From Nostoc sp. DedSLP01 (GTDB lineage Bacteria; Cyanobacteriota; Cyanobacteriia; Cyanobacteriales; Nostocaceae), in contig JAVRCJ020000017.1 of assembly GCA_034530875.2 (NCBI GenBank), forward strand, positions 130,930-194,929: DNA of 64,000 nt, given 5' to 3'. Under the pieces are notes generated by a model that made no database searches, was not told the DNA's origin, and was given only the letters and a program-made list of their open reading frames with translations. Numbering within the stretch: position 1 is the first letter of the stretch; each line of letters starts with the position of its first letter. The translations under genes and the position numbers were made by a program. Shown here one piece after another: positions 36,742 through 48,048 of this stretch.

Positions 36742-37644
36742 TTAACCTAGTTTAGTGCTGTAAGCGCTAAAACCATAAGCTAAAGTTGCTTTTAAACTCT
36801 CTGGCGGTCTGAGGCTTTGATTGATGGCTTTAGCAAAAGGTACTTTAATTCCTTTAATAGTTTCCGGTAAAATTGCGTATTCTTGGGTTGGTTCAACAAT
36901 ATAGTCCGGACATTTCGTTTTCATTCCAGCAGTTGCCAACATTTCCTCTATTTCAGCAGCTAAATATTGCTTGAGATAAACTGGATTTCTGCTAAATAGG
37001 TTCAATCTTCTGATAAAATTGTGAACGATATGAGAAGGACAAGCTTTATTGTGGAATGAATGATTGAAAACAAAAATTCCACCTGGTTTGAGTACGCGAG
37101 ATATATCAGCCAATAAATTTCTTAATTGTGCATCTGGGATATGCATAAATACACAATTAGAAATTACTAAATCTATAGAATTATCTGCTAAAGGTAATGT
37201 TTCAGCAGAATTGCAAATTATATTAAATTCAGCGCCAGGGAAAAAATCGTACTCTTGTTTAACCTTAATTAATCGCCGCAATAAAGTTTCAGAAATATCA
37301 ATTCCATAATACTTTTCACATCTCAAATTTTTTGCTTTAGAGAGATGTAAAGGTGCGCGACCGTAACCGCAACCAATCTCCAGAATAGAACCAACAGATT
37401 TATTCAACGGAAATTTATTCCAAGTACCTCCAGGCGTACCAGTTAGCAGAGTGTAATCTTGTTTGATGGGCGATTCATTTGCAACTGTTTCGATTTTCTG
37501 GGAACCATAGTATGTTTTACCAATTTTGTCCCAGGTTTGTTTATGTTGAGTACTGTTCAAATCTTTGTAGTCGCTAGGAAAATAAATGCCATCGCGTAAT
37601 TCATAGTTATCTAAACTGAATTTTACATCTGCTAATTGAGCCAT
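36742..37644 (-). CDS. Class I SAM-dependent methyltransferase
   Basis: ILEIGCGYG, GIDIS, LPLADNSIDLV, RVLKPGG. Confidence 0.88.
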   Translation of the reverse strand: MAQLADVKFSLDNYELRDGIYFPSDYKDLNSTQHKQTWDKIGKTYYGSQKIETVANESPIKQDYTLLTGTPGGTWNKFPLNKSVGSILEIGCGYGRAPLHLSKAKNLRCEKYYGIDISETLLRRLIKVKQEYDFFPGAEFNIICNSAETLPLADNSIDLVISNCVFMHIPDAQLRNLLADISRVLKPGGIFVFNHSFHNKACPSHIVHNFIRRLNLFSRNPVYLKQYLAAEIEEMLATAGMKTKCPDYIVEPTQEYAILPETIKGIKVPFAKAINQSLRPPESLKATLAYGFSAYSTKLG

Positions 37645-37974
37645 TAGGATTATTCCTCATAAATAATTAAATCTGTTTTCTGTTATACCCTTAACTCAGC
37701 ATTAACCGCAAGGAATTTTTACTCAACCACTGCTTTTGCAGAAATTTCAGAGTTAGGGTTTGTACCAAGCCTTAGGCATAGTTTAGCCCAGATAAACCAG
37801 CGTAAAGGCACTCAACTTTGTAACAGAGAAGCCCCACTTTCCAAAATAGACGGCGATCCGATAAATTACACAGCGATCGCACCAAAATATTCCTTCCAGT
37901 CCCCACTTTTCATTCTGTAGTCCTACCGAGAAGCTACGCTATTATTTGTGGGACTGGCAGAATCGGAGGCTAAG

Positions 37975-39486
37975 ATGGTAGAAGGGTCACAACAAAAACG
38001 GGTGGTAGTTGTTGGTGCAGGTTGGGCAGGTTTAGGAGCAACTTACCATTTGGCAAAACAAGGCTATGATGTGACGCTTCTAGAAGCAGGTTCTTATCCT
38101 GGAGGACTGGTAGCAGGTTGGCAAACAGCCGCAGGCAAATCTGTAGAAGCTGGCATTCATGGCTTTTGGTATCCTTACAGAAATATTTTTTCCCTCATCA
38201 ATGAATTAGGAATTAATCCTTTTACTACTTGGACTCGTTCTTCTCAATATTCGCCTGCGGGGTTGGAAGTTGAATCACCAATTTTTCAAGACTTACCGCG
38301 ACTCCCCGCACCTTTGGGAACTTTTCTCTACACTCAGTTTAAACGGCTGCCACTAATTGACCGTCTTAGCGCCCTACCTTTACTTTATGCTGTTGTTGAT
38401 TTTGATAATTCTGATGCAGCTTGGCGGCGCTATGATTTTGTGACTGCCCGTGAATTGTTCAAAGACTTTAATGTTTCAGCACGACTTTACCGCGATGCTT
38501 TTGAACCAATGTTATTAGTGGGTTTATTTGCCCCTGGCGAACAATGTTCAGCCGCGGCAACTTTAGGGATGCTTTACTATTTCATTTTGGCTCATCAGCC
38601 TGATTTTGATGTGGTTTGGTGTCGCGGAACTGTGGGAGAAAAGATATTTCGTCCTTGGGTGGAACGTATTGAAAAAGCGGGGGCGCGAGTATTACCCAAA
38701 CGTCGGGTAACCGATTTAATTGTTGATAGTAATTATCGAGCCAAGAGCGTAGTTTGCGGCGATGAAGTTTTTGATGCTGATGCTGTAATCTTTGCAGTTG
38801 GCGTCACAGGGATGAAGAAAATTGTTTCCAGTAGTCCGAGTTTACAAAGTCGAGAAGAATTTCGGAATTTGAGCAATTTAGGGGCAATTGACGTTTTAGC
38901 GACTCGGTTATGGTTCGATCGCAAAATTGATATTCCTCGTCCTTCTAATGCCTGCTTTGGATTCGATGCAACTACAGGCTGGACATTTTTCGATTTGAAT
39001 GCTCTACATGATGAATATCGCCACGAACCAGGAACGGTAATCGAAGCTGATTTTTATCACGCAAATCAGTTTCTGAGTTTGAGTGATGAAGAGATTTTAC
39101 CAATTGTCCAGCGTTATTTAGCAACTTGCGTGCCAGCATTTCGTCAAGCAAAGCTAATTGATAGCAGTGTAATTCGGCTACCTCAGGCAGTAACTCACTT
39201 TGCACCTGGAAGCTACCGTCACATGTTACCAGCAAAGACTAGTTTCGAGAATGTGTTCATGAGTGGAGACTGGATTGTTAACCGTCATGGTTCTTGGTCT
39301 CAAGAAAAAGCTTACGTCACCGGTTTGGAAGCAGCGAATTTGGTGGTGTCTTATTTGGGAGAAGGACAGCCATCTGAGATTTTACCTGTAGAAGCAGATG
39401 AAGCGCATATCCAAGTGGCGCGATCGCTCAACCAAATAGCCCGTGATTTTACTAAATCTATTCTGCCTGAATTTTGGTTGCCATAA
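37975..39486 (+). CDS. FAD-dependent oxidoreductase (carotene desaturase / amine oxidase family)
   Basis: VVGAGWAGL, EAGIHGFW, SGDW...SQEKAYVTG; GGAGG RBS before ATG 37975. Confidence 0.85.
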   Translation: MVEGSQQKRVVVVGAGWAGLGATYHLAKQGYDVTLLEAGSYPGGLVAGWQTAAGKSVEAGIHGFWYPYRNIFSLINELGINPFTTWTRSSQYSPAGLEVESPIFQDLPRLPAPLGTFLYTQFKRLPLIDRLSALPLLYAVVDFDNSDAAWRRYDFVTARELFKDFNVSARLYRDAFEPMLLVGLFAPGEQCSAAATLGMLYYFILAHQPDFDVVWCRGTVGEKIFRPWVERIEKAGARVLPKRRVTDLIVDSNYRAKSVVCGDEVFDADAVIFAVGVTGMKKIVSSSPSLQSREEFRNLSNLGAIDVLATRLWFDRKIDIPRPSNACFGFDATTGWTFFDLNALHDEYRHEPGTVIEADFYHANQFLSLSDEEILPIVQRYLATCVPAFRQAKLIDSSVIRLPQAVTHFAPGSYRHMLPAKTSFENVFMSGDWIVNRHGSWSQEKAYVTGLEAANLVVSYLGEGQPSEILPVEADEAHIQVARSLNQIARDFTKSILPEFWLP

Positions 39487-39665
39487 CTTTTAGGGATATA
39501 TAGCAAGGGAGTGGGTACTGGTGACTGGGAAAGAGTTTTCCTAACCTAATGCCCAATGCCCCATGCCCGCTATATCCCGAATTATTAATTGTAATCTAAA
39601 TTCGGTAAGCTAGAGAAAGTTATTGCGATAACATCCTTATAATGTAAATCAAATCACATAAGCTT

Positions 39666-40034
39666 ATGGAGCCAGACTCTTTACAAACCGAGGTGATTCT
39701 CACGCATCCGCGTGAGTCCCTCGGTAAAGTCCAACTTGATTGGACACCCCAACCTGGAAACTATCTAGATTTTGAAGGTAAAACCTACGCGGTTCTAGAA
39801 CGCCGTCATCGCTACCAACTCAAAGCAGGGCGCTACCGTTTGCATAATATTGCCATTTACGTCCAGTCTGCAAAACGACCGTCTGAGAAAAGTTTAGTTG
39901 GAGGACGCTGGGTAATCGGTGATGCTACCTGCTGCTACAATGCTCACTCAGAAATCATTCGCTGTGCAGTCAACCCAGATGGCCCTTGCGAATCTTGCCG
40001 ATTTTATGAAAACTCAGAAGCCAAGAGTGCTTGA
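39666..40034 (+). CDS. Conserved cyanobacterial hypothetical protein (DUF6464-like)
   Basis: IGDATCCYNAHSEIIRCAVNPDGPCESC motif. Confidence 0.75.
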   Translation: MEPDSLQTEVILTHPRESLGKVQLDWTPQPGNYLDFEGKTYAVLERRHRYQLKAGRYRLHNIAIYVQSAKRPSEKSLVGGRWVIGDATCCYNAHSEIIRCAVNPDGPCESCRFYENSEAKSA

Positions 40035-40148
40035 TGAGTTAGGAGTTGGCCAAACAGGGCATTAGGCATCGGGAATTGGGAATTTGTCATTAGTTTTTCT
40101 TTGTTTCCCCGTGTTTCCCCGTGTTTCCCCACCTCCCTCACATCCCCC

Positions 40149-41153
40149 TCAACTCCCTACGCCAAACACTTCCCCTACAATTAACCGACTACCATTAACA
40201 AAATCCCATCCAGACTGGGGACGTTTTCCAGCTAGTTGAACCTCCCGTAACAGCAACAAACCTTCCCCAGTTTGGACAATTGCCCCAATTCCTTTGGCAA
40301 TATTTACTATTTCTCCAGGTCTAGCTGATACATTTGATAAATCAGGCAATTTATGCATTAATTCTTGGAATTCTAGTGGTAGCTGGCGATCGCCCTCCGT
40401 CCGAAGCGGAACAGAAGCGGTGATTTTGAGCAGGTTTTCACGAAAAGTAGCCGTGCAGTTAGGGTAAAAGCCTCTAATTTGATTGTGTAATTGGATAGCG
40501 CTTTTTGACCAATCCAGACCATAATCTTGTTTTTGAATCAGAGGTGCATAAGTCGCTTCTAAATTATTTTGGGGTATTGGTTGAATTTCTTTACTTTCCA
40601 ACTTCAACAGAGTTTCTATCAACAAATCCCCACCAATTGCAGCGAGTCTTTGGGCTAAATCTTGAGCATTATCCAATAATCCTATAGGTGTAGTGGCTAT
40701 TTGTAGCATTGCGCCGGTATCCATGCCTGCATCCATTAACATGGTGGTAATCCCCGTTTCTGCTTCGCCGTTATACAAACACCATTGAATCGGCGCTGCA
40801 CCGCGATACTTTGGCAAAATCGAACCATGCACATTAATGCAGCCCAACTTTGGCATATTTAGAATTTTTGAGGACAAAATCTGCCCATAAGCAACAACAA
40901 CAAACACATCTGCCTCTGATTGTTTGAGTAAATTCAAAGTTTCGGTGTGTTTTTTCACCCGTTCTGGTTGCCATACTGGTAAATTGTGAGCAGTGGCGAT
41001 CGCTTTTACGGGTGAAGGAGTTAGTTTATTTCCACGTTCCCTGCGTTTATCTGGTTGGGTAACAACTGCTAACACCTCAAATTTGTCATTATTTAATAAC
41101 TTTTCTAAAGTTGGGACAGCAAACTGCGGAGTACCAAAAAATACGATTTTCAT
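40149..41153 (-). CDS. fmt: Methionyl-tRNA formyltransferase
   Basis: [38 protein letters not shown]. Confidence 0.96.
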   Translation of the reverse strand: MKIVFFGTPQFAVPTLEKLLNNDKFEVLAVVTQPDKRRERGNKLTPSPVKAIATAHNLPVWQPERVKKHTETLNLLKQSEADVFVVVAYGQILSSKILNMPKLGCINVHGSILPKYRGAAPIQWCLYNGEAETGITTMLMDAGMDTGAMLQIATTPIGLLDNAQDLAQRLAAIGGDLLIETLLKLESKEIQPIPQNNLEATYAPLIQKQDYGLDWSKSAIQLHNQIRGFYPNCTATFRENLLKITASVPLRTEGDRQLPLEFQELMHKLPDLSNVSARPGEIVNIAKGIGAIVQTGEGLLLLREVQLAGKRPQSGWDFVNGSRLIVGEVFGVGS

Positions 41154-42230
41154 TAGCTATCGATCGTAGTCACTAGTCAATAGTTAATGGTATAGCAGGG
41201 AATAGGGAACAGGGAACAGGCAACAGGTTTGAAAGTCTCTTGCTGTCATAGTTTGACGATGGGTTTATGTCCTAACCTAGCTGGTAACTACTATGATTAA
41301 CCTCTCATAAGTACCGAAGTAGAATTAATTATACGCATTGTTTCTCTTCTCGTTGTTTCCTCTCTTCACCAATGAATTGAATTTTTGACAACTACTTAAC
41401 TAAGAACTTTTAAACTAAATATTTCTAGTTTGGTAGTTTGGTGGTAGAATATTCTCGTATTTGTTCAAACTACAGGCTGCTCGATCGACTTAACTATATA
41501 AGTTAGTAACCAAAAAGTTCCCTATTAACTGCGTCTGCCTTTGGTTACCCTGAAATAGCTGCATGCATACCCATGACTAGGGCATTTACTCAGTATATTT
41601 TGCTGTATTGCTGAAGATTTTAGTAAAATTTAGCATTCAGACTGCTTAATTTGTCAAAATCATTGTATTCAAAATGCTTCTGTATTTAGATTGCAATTTC
41701 TAACAGATGGTTGCTGACAGCAATATTTTCTGAGTAATATGTATTATGTGTCCGCTTTCCCAGCTTTTCACGTAACGCCTCACGTTTCCCAATTAACAGG
41801 GTTTGCACTGATATAGTGTGTAGACTGCTTTATTTGATGGGTGTTAGCGATCGCTAGCAGAATCTTCAACAACGCAGTTTAGCTATCTTAGTTTGCACTA
41901 TAGATTGAATCGAAGCTGTAAGCTAAGTACCCCTTGAAGATAGGTGCTTGTGGTTTGGTTTAGTTTGTCTACACCGAAATTTAATATATGTAGTAACTAC
42001 TGAGTAATCAGCGTAGATACTATACTCGCATATTTTCGGAAAAAAATATTCAGTATCGTAGAAAGAAAAGGTGTAACTAATGATTCATACTTTTTGTAAA
42101 ACTCCCCAGATAAAGAAATTTTTGAGTCAAAGCTTTTAGTTTCTTGTTATACATATAAATATCGCCTGCTCCATTGCTGCATAGGTATTGCTCCTCACAT
42201 AAGCAACCGCCCCCCCTAGAGAGTCTACAA

Positions 42231-43574
42231 ATGCTTAAACCCCTTTTGCTGTCAGGATGGTTCCGCGCGCAACCATTTCTCAATTACGTTGTTATTGCGA
42301 TAACGATCGCACCTTTGTTAGGGGCATCCGGTCAATCGGCTCCAGTAAAATCCGAAGTGCTTAAGCTAACTTCAATTACTGAAACGTCTGACCCTGCGTC
42401 AAAGGAAATAGCTTTAGTTGGGGAACCTGAGATAGCTGAGAAATCAACAGAAGATCGAGCTAACTCATCAAGAGAAGATCTCGATTTATTAATGCAAAGC
42501 AGTGCTATTCAGGAACCGCAAGTATTACCACAAGAAAAATTACCAGAGGATAAAATTGAGCCTTTAGCTCAAGCAGATAGTTATCTCTCAAGCCGCGATT
42601 TAGACGTTCCCGATCCTTTGGCAAAAGTTGAACTTGCACCATTAACAGATCTTGGTGTTAGTCAAAGAAATTTAGTACAAAAACTCAAGTCTGCTAATAT
42701 CACGTCTTTGAGAGCAGAAAAAAATTCTCTTTCTCAGAAGAAACCTTTTACTGAATCACTAGCAGCAGGTCAAATAACACCAACTATAGGAGAAGTACAA
42801 CCAACCACAACAACAGAAATACCTGCTACGGAATCAGTTGATGAATCCCAAGCAGAACAAATAGATCCTATCGGTAGTCCTCATCCAATTCCTTGGAAAT
42901 GGATTACAGCTACTCAAGAGGCTATTGGTTCTAAGGGTGGTGGAGTGCGCCACTATCGCAGTGTACCTGTGGTTTCTCCAGATGGTAAATATGCGGTTTA
43001 TAGCCGGGTGCAACTAGAGGTGAAACCCGAGATGTACAACAGCCGCGTCACTAGCGTTTTGTTTGTACAAGATTTGCATACTAAGAAGTTGTGGGTAATG
43101 GCTTCAACTACTCCTGTTAACGATCCCCTATTAAAAGCCAAAGCTTTTAAGGCAACATCAGCAGAAGCAGCAGCAGAAGAAACTGATACAAGCGGTCAGA
43201 TTGGGGTGTTAGTTCCTGTGAGTTGGTCGGAAAAAGGCGATCGCTTTTTGGCACGCAAATTTGAAGGCGTATTTAACACGGGCGATTCCACAGATAGAGC
43301 AGTGATTTGGGATCGACAAAACAATCATGCTAATACCGTTGCTCCGGCTAACGAAGAAAATGAGGATGAGAAGATAGCAGTATTGTTAGGTTGGAGTAAA
43401 AGCCAACCGGATCACGTGCTATTTCGTGCAGGCGAACTAGGCGACGAAAACTGGCCTTTAGTGAAAGTTGCTAATGATGGCAAGACCGTCACTCCAACAG
43501 ATGACGATCGACCCGTAACTTTTGGTAAACAGGTTAGAGAAATTTGGGCGGGCCCGCAAGTTGCTTATCGATAG
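42231..43574 (+). CDS. Conserved hypothetical exported protein
   Basis: Hydrophobic N-terminus, low-complexity middle, and a beta-rich C-terminal domain (SPDGKYAVYSR, VPVSWS). Confidence 0.7.
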   Translation: MLKPLLLSGWFRAQPFLNYVVIAITIAPLLGASGQSAPVKSEVLKLTSITETSDPASKEIALVGEPEIAEKSTEDRANSSREDLDLLMQSSAIQEPQVLPQEKLPEDKIEPLAQADSYLSSRDLDVPDPLAKVELAPLTDLGVSQRNLVQKLKSANITSLRAEKNSLSQKKPFTESLAAGQITPTIGEVQPTTTTEIPATESVDESQAEQIDPIGSPHPIPWKWITATQEAIGSKGGGVRHYRSVPVVSPDGKYAVYSRVQLEVKPEMYNSRVTSVLFVQDLHTKKLWVMASTTPVNDPLLKAKAFKATSAEAAAEETDTSGQIGVLVPVSWSEKGDRFLARKFEGVFNTGDSTDRAVIWDRQNNHANTVAPANEENEDEKIAVLLGWSKSQPDHVLFRAGELGDENWPLVKVANDGKTVTPTDDDRPVTFGKQVREIWAGPQVAYR

Positions 43575-43699
43575 TTAATAGAAAATATCATAAACTCCCA
43601 TTGCCAGTTGTGATGGTAATGGGAGTTTTTTATTTATAGCGTTTTGAAATTAAGTACAGACAATTTCGCAGCGGCACACAGCTAGCTGTGGATAAAGTT

Positions 43700-43822
43700 G
43701 CAGAAAAATTTGAACTGTTAAAACAGAAGTTGTACGAGTAAGCGAAAGCCCTGAATATCGATGGTCGTAGCAAGATGAACAAGGACGAATTAATTAAAGC
43801 AATTCGTGATGCTCAAAAATAA
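43700..43822 (+). pseudogene. Rho-N-domain gene remnant
   Basis: KQKLYE*AKALNIDGRSKMNKDELIKAIRDAQK* with an in-frame TAA; 5' boundary approximate. Confidence 0.6.
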
Positions 43823-43908
43823 AGCGATGCCTACGGCAACCCTAAGAGGGAACGCACTTTATTTGCTAAAACTATAAAAGTTTAAAAATACCAAATTTCA
43901 AATTACGC

Positions 43909-44199
43909 TTATTTATCACCTCTTTCCCATTCAGGTATGCCGCCTTTAACTCGGCGGATGGGCAAATTAGCAATTAAAGCTGTGGTTCGTTGGTTGCTTT
44001 CTAAAGAGAACTCTAAGCCTTCTGTCTCAACTTCGACATAGCGACAGACGACATCTAGGATTTCTTGCCGCATTTTTTCCAACGTTTGAGGGTCAATGTC
44101 AGCGCGATCGTGAGCAATCACCAATTGCAGCCGACGTTTCACTTGAGTTCGACTGCTATCAGGGCCACGAGAAAAAAGTTTTTCTAGAAGTTCAATCAT
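43909..44199 (-). CDS. minE: Cell division topological specificity factor
   Basis: [23 protein letters not shown]; downstream of minD. Confidence 0.95.
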   Translation of the reverse strand: MIELLEKLFSRGPDSSRTQVKRRLQLVIAHDRADIDPQTLEKMRQEILDVVCRYVEVETEGLEFSLESNQRTTALIANLPIRRVKGGIPEWERGDK

Positions 44200-44235
44200 T
44201 ACGAATAGGTCTGGGGCCGAGACTGGAAAATTAAG

Positions 44236-45042
44236 TTAAACAATCTTTGTCCACAACAACCTTCTCAGACGCGCGAAGATGCTGTCTTGGGACGAGTCGA
44301 TATCAAGAAATTCGACACTCTCCCCTTCTAATCTCCGAGCAATGTTCTCAAAGGCTGTGGCAGCTAAAGAGGGAGCTTCCCCTAATACCAAAGGTTCGCC
44401 GCGATTGGTAGATACAATTACACGCTCGTCGTCAGGGATTACCCCGATCAAGGGGATAGCGAGAAGTTCCTGAACATCTTGCACTGACATCATATCATTT
44501 GCCTGCACCATTGCGGGTCTGATGCGGTTAATTATTAAATGAACACGCTTGATCCCTTGTGCTTCTAGCAATCCAACTACGCGATCGGCATCGCGAACTG
44601 AGGAAATTTCTGGCGTGCTGACAACTAGCGCTTCTTTTGCCGGGCCGATCGCATTTTTAAATCCATTTTCGATACCGGCGGGGCTATCAATAATTACATA
44701 TTGATACTTTTGCGCTAGTGCATTCACCAATAACTTCATTTGTTCTGGTGTGACTGCATCTTTGGAACGATTTTGAGCTGCTGGCAAAAGTACGAGATTC
44801 GGTTGTCGCTTATCTTTGACTAAGGCTTGTTCTAAACGACACTCTCTGGCTAAGACTTCCACCGCAGTATAGACGATGCGGTTTTCTAGCCCTAGCAATA
44901 AATCCAAATTTCTCAAACCAAAATCCGCATCAACCAAGGCAACTTGACGCCCCATTTTGGCTAAAGCCATACCCAGATTGGCTGAAACTGTGGTTTTACC
45001 CACTCCTCCTTTCCCGGAGGTAATCACAATAATGCGAGTCAT
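44236..45042 (-). CDS. minD: Septum site-determining protein MinD
   Basis: SGKGGVGKTT, DFGLRNLD, DSPAGIE, RDADR. Confidence 0.97.
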   Translation of the reverse strand: MTRIIVITSGKGGVGKTTVSANLGMALAKMGRQVALVDADFGLRNLDLLLGLENRIVYTAVEVLARECRLEQALVKDKRQPNLVLLPAAQNRSKDAVTPEQMKLLVNALAQKYQYVIIDSPAGIENGFKNAIGPAKEALVVSTPEISSVRDADRVVGLLEAQGIKRVHLIINRIRPAMVQANDMMSVQDVQELLAIPLIGVIPDDERVIVSTNRGEPLVLGEAPSLAATAFENIARRLEGESVEFLDIDSSQDSIFARLRRLLWTKIV

Positions 45043-45325
45043 GATAGAAATGCGGTCAATGAGGGTTCAGGAAATATAAGACAGTAGATTGCAGTAAATT
45101 GCAGTATAAAGTATCAAGTATCGTCTCAAGTATGAAGAAATATCCGATTCTCGGTGATGAGAGTCAGGTAAGAGTATTTTTTTATAGCGTTTTTCGGTTA
45201 TGTACAATACACTCTGCTACGGAAAAAGGTCTAAGGATTGAGAGTAGTGTATTCTATCTACATGAAAACCGCTATACTTTGATTCTGCATATCCTTCATC
45301 CTTTAAGTAAATTTCAGGATTGCCG

Positions 45326-46345
45326 TCAGGTCTTGCTCATTTGATTTCTGGTAAAATCAGTAGCCCTAGCGATGCGAATTCCTTGCGGTGTAATGTGTGC
45401 CACCTCTGGAGACAACTGCATCGGTGACTTTTCTGGCGCTCTGGCTACAGCATCTGCGATCCGCAATTGGGTTGGTTCCATTTGCAAGGCCATAATCAGA
45501 CACTCACGATTACCGGCGGCACCAGCGTGAGCGATTCCACGTAGACGACCCCAGATGATAATATCTCCATCTGCAATTACAATACCACCTGGATTTACAT
45601 CTCCCAAAATAATTACTGTTCCAGGATGACGAATTTCTACTCCCGAGCGTACAGTTATTTCCAAATAAAGGGCATCTGCCTGGGGTATGGCTGTAGCTTT
45701 TGGCTCTGTACTCAGGGAAGTAATGGGTTGTAGTTGTTCTACAGAATAGCCAGATGTCACAGCTGCGATCGCAGTTTGCCGCCGACTAGTCGAGACGGAT
45801 ATTAACCGCAGTTGAACTTCACTTAAAGCTTCGGCGAGTTCTTGCAATTGTCTGGCATCTACTAGGCGGTCTTGTGCCATAAGATGCACCGGCGTGTTGG
45901 ATACCCGGAAGCGATCCCCAGAGTTTAAACGCAGCCTGATTTGTTGCCAAATCTCAGACCAACTGACTTCGGAGGCAGGTACTTGAGATTCCGATGGTAA
46001 AATTAATAACAGCCGTCCTTCCTGAGTTTTTAGCTGGACTTGAATATTCTGATTTACCCGAGGCCCTGGTAATGGTGAGTCAGCGCTATTTGCATCAGTC
46101 AGGATAGAATCTGCCGAATTTGCCTCTACATCAGGCTTAGCAGGAGTTGGCTCTACATCGGCAAGCTCAGTATTTGATTGTAAATACAGCAGCACAGATT
46201 TTAACTCAGCATCCGGGAGGATAGAATCTGAATCTAGCTCGGAAACAGGAGGATTTTTCTCTACCTGGGAATGAATAGAGTTTGGTTCTGCATTAGGAGG
46301 TGCAGAATTTGACTTTAGATTGGGGAAGGCGGAATCAGAAGTCAT
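45326..46345 (-). CDS. minC: Septum site-determining protein MinC
   Basis: TVRSG, GDVNPG, WGRLRGIAHAG, QLRIAD; acidic N-terminal extension. Confidence 0.93.
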   Translation of the reverse strand: MTSDSAFPNLKSNSAPPNAEPNSIHSQVEKNPPVSELDSDSILPDAELKSVLLYLQSNTELADVEPTPAKPDVEANSADSILTDANSADSPLPGPRVNQNIQVQLKTQEGRLLLILPSESQVPASEVSWSEIWQQIRLRLNSGDRFRVSNTPVHLMAQDRLVDARQLQELAEALSEVQLRLISVSTSRRQTAIAAVTSGYSVEQLQPITSLSTEPKATAIPQADALYLEITVRSGVEIRHPGTVIILGDVNPGGIVIADGDIIIWGRLRGIAHAGAAGNRECLIMALQMEPTQLRIADAVARAPEKSPMQLSPEVAHITPQGIRIARATDFTRNQMSKT

Positions 46346-46604
46346 GCAGTATTAGCCAAAAGACAAGGGACACTCCGAATAATTACTAATATTAGATCGC
46401 TTGCAAAATGCAACAAGATCCTTATAGCATTTTGAATTTAAGATTTTGCACTGTGTAGTAATAGGTCAAACCAAGCGAGATAAAGCGTTTGCTAAAGAAA
46501 AGATTCTTTAAATCAACTTTGAGGCACTTTATATGTCGCAATCATTCTTTTAATTGGTGTTACATAAAAAATGCCTGAGTAGTTCAAATTTATTATTATC
46601 TTGA

Positions 46605-47936
46605 CTATTCGCTGAAAGCTGTTTTGGTTAACCGTTGATAAATTGTTGCCAAAGCATCGGCATCGCCGACATTACCGGGAAACAGGACTACAGGTAAATC
46701 AGGAAATTGGGGATGGTCGGATGGCGTCAGCACCATTGAACAACCAGCTAAAATTTGACCGAGTAAACGAGCTGAATTTAAAGCTAGTCCAGTACTCAAG
46801 ACATCGTTGGAGGTAATACCACCTTTACTAATTAAAAATCCGATATCAGATGGTAAACCGCGAACAATATCCATCAATAAGCTTGAAACCTTCGTCCCAA
46901 ACTCCAATCTGGTCTTCGCATCCGGAAAACTCAATTCCTGGCGGCTAGTATAAACCACTGGTGTTTTACCAGTTTCGCGTACTGACCGCGCACTTTCCTG
47001 AATTTCCTTTAGCAGTGTAGCAGATCGATCTGTTCCATCAAGTAGTTGCGCTACATTGACTTCAATTCCCACAGTTCCCTCTATTTGTAATAGCGCCTCT
47101 AACTGTTGAGTAGTCTTTTTCACGTGGGAACCGACAATTACCGCACCTGGTTTACCTTGGCGGACGTACTGCGCCATGTTTTGGGCCGCTATGGGTTGGG
47201 GAGGTAAAGCGGCTAAGGCAGTTAAAATACTGGCAGCACTGCGAAACAAAAAGCGTTTCCCTTGACTTGCTGCTGTTAATATGTCTTGTGCAAAGCGGTT
47301 GAGGTCGGCTTGAGTTTCACCATCGACGACAGCGCACTGATTACCATTGAGTTTGAGTAAGCGTTCTAAACTACCAGCGCGAATGTCAGCGAGAAGAAAC
47401 CTTTCTACTGCTTCGGCTTTAATTTGTCCTTGGGTTTTTTCTTCAACGTACTTGGGTAAGTAACTGTGATGGTAGCTGAAGACTGAATCGCGGGCAAATT
47501 CTGTTTCATGGACTGGAGTGGGTACGCCGTCAACAATTAAATAATGCACGCTGTCCTTGGTGATGCGTCCGCCCTCAAAAAATGCAGGTACGAGAAAATG
47601 GGCATCAAAGGGGCCGAGTTCTCGAGCGATCGCATCTGTTTCAATGGGATAATGTCCGCGCAAAGTAGAATCAGAACGACTGACAATTAGAAAATCCTCT
47701 ATTCCTTCAGCCTGCAAAGCAACTTTCAGATTTTGGCAAACTTCTTTGGTGACCGATGCAGCTGACTCTGGCGTTAAGGCTCTAGTATTAGTCAGCACAA
47801 AGAAAATCGGCGAATCATCCTGCAACCCACTGCGTAGAGTATCCACATCCCAGTGCATTAGCAGCAAGCAGCTGTGGACTGTTTGAGAACCTGTGGGATC
47901 GTCATCCAAGACAATTATTTTAGGTTTGTTGCTCAT
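46605..47936 (-). CDS. Four-carbon acid sugar kinase family protein (DUF1537)
   Basis: VLDDDPTG, RSDSTLRGH, SKGGITS, FPGNVG. Confidence 0.88.
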   Translation of the reverse strand: MSNKPKIIVLDDDPTGSQTVHSCLLLMHWDVDTLRSGLQDDSPIFFVLTNTRALTPESAASVTKEVCQNLKVALQAEGIEDFLIVSRSDSTLRGHYPIETDAIARELGPFDAHFLVPAFFEGGRITKDSVHYLIVDGVPTPVHETEFARDSVFSYHHSYLPKYVEEKTQGQIKAEAVERFLLADIRAGSLERLLKLNGNQCAVVDGETQADLNRFAQDILTAASQGKRFLFRSAASILTALAALPPQPIAAQNMAQYVRQGKPGAVIVGSHVKKTTQQLEALLQIEGTVGIEVNVAQLLDGTDRSATLLKEIQESARSVRETGKTPVVYTSRQELSFPDAKTRLEFGTKVSSLLMDIVRGLPSDIGFLISKGGITSNDVLSTGLALNSARLLGQILAGCSMVLTPSDHPQFPDLPVVLFPGNVGDADALATIYQRLTKTAFSE

Positions 47937-48048
47937 TTAGACGATTTTGGATTTTAGATTTTGGATTTTGGATTGATTTTACGGAGCGATCGCCAGGCTC
48001 GTATCATCAGACAATTGTTTGTTGGCAAATACATCAGTTAGGAAAAAC

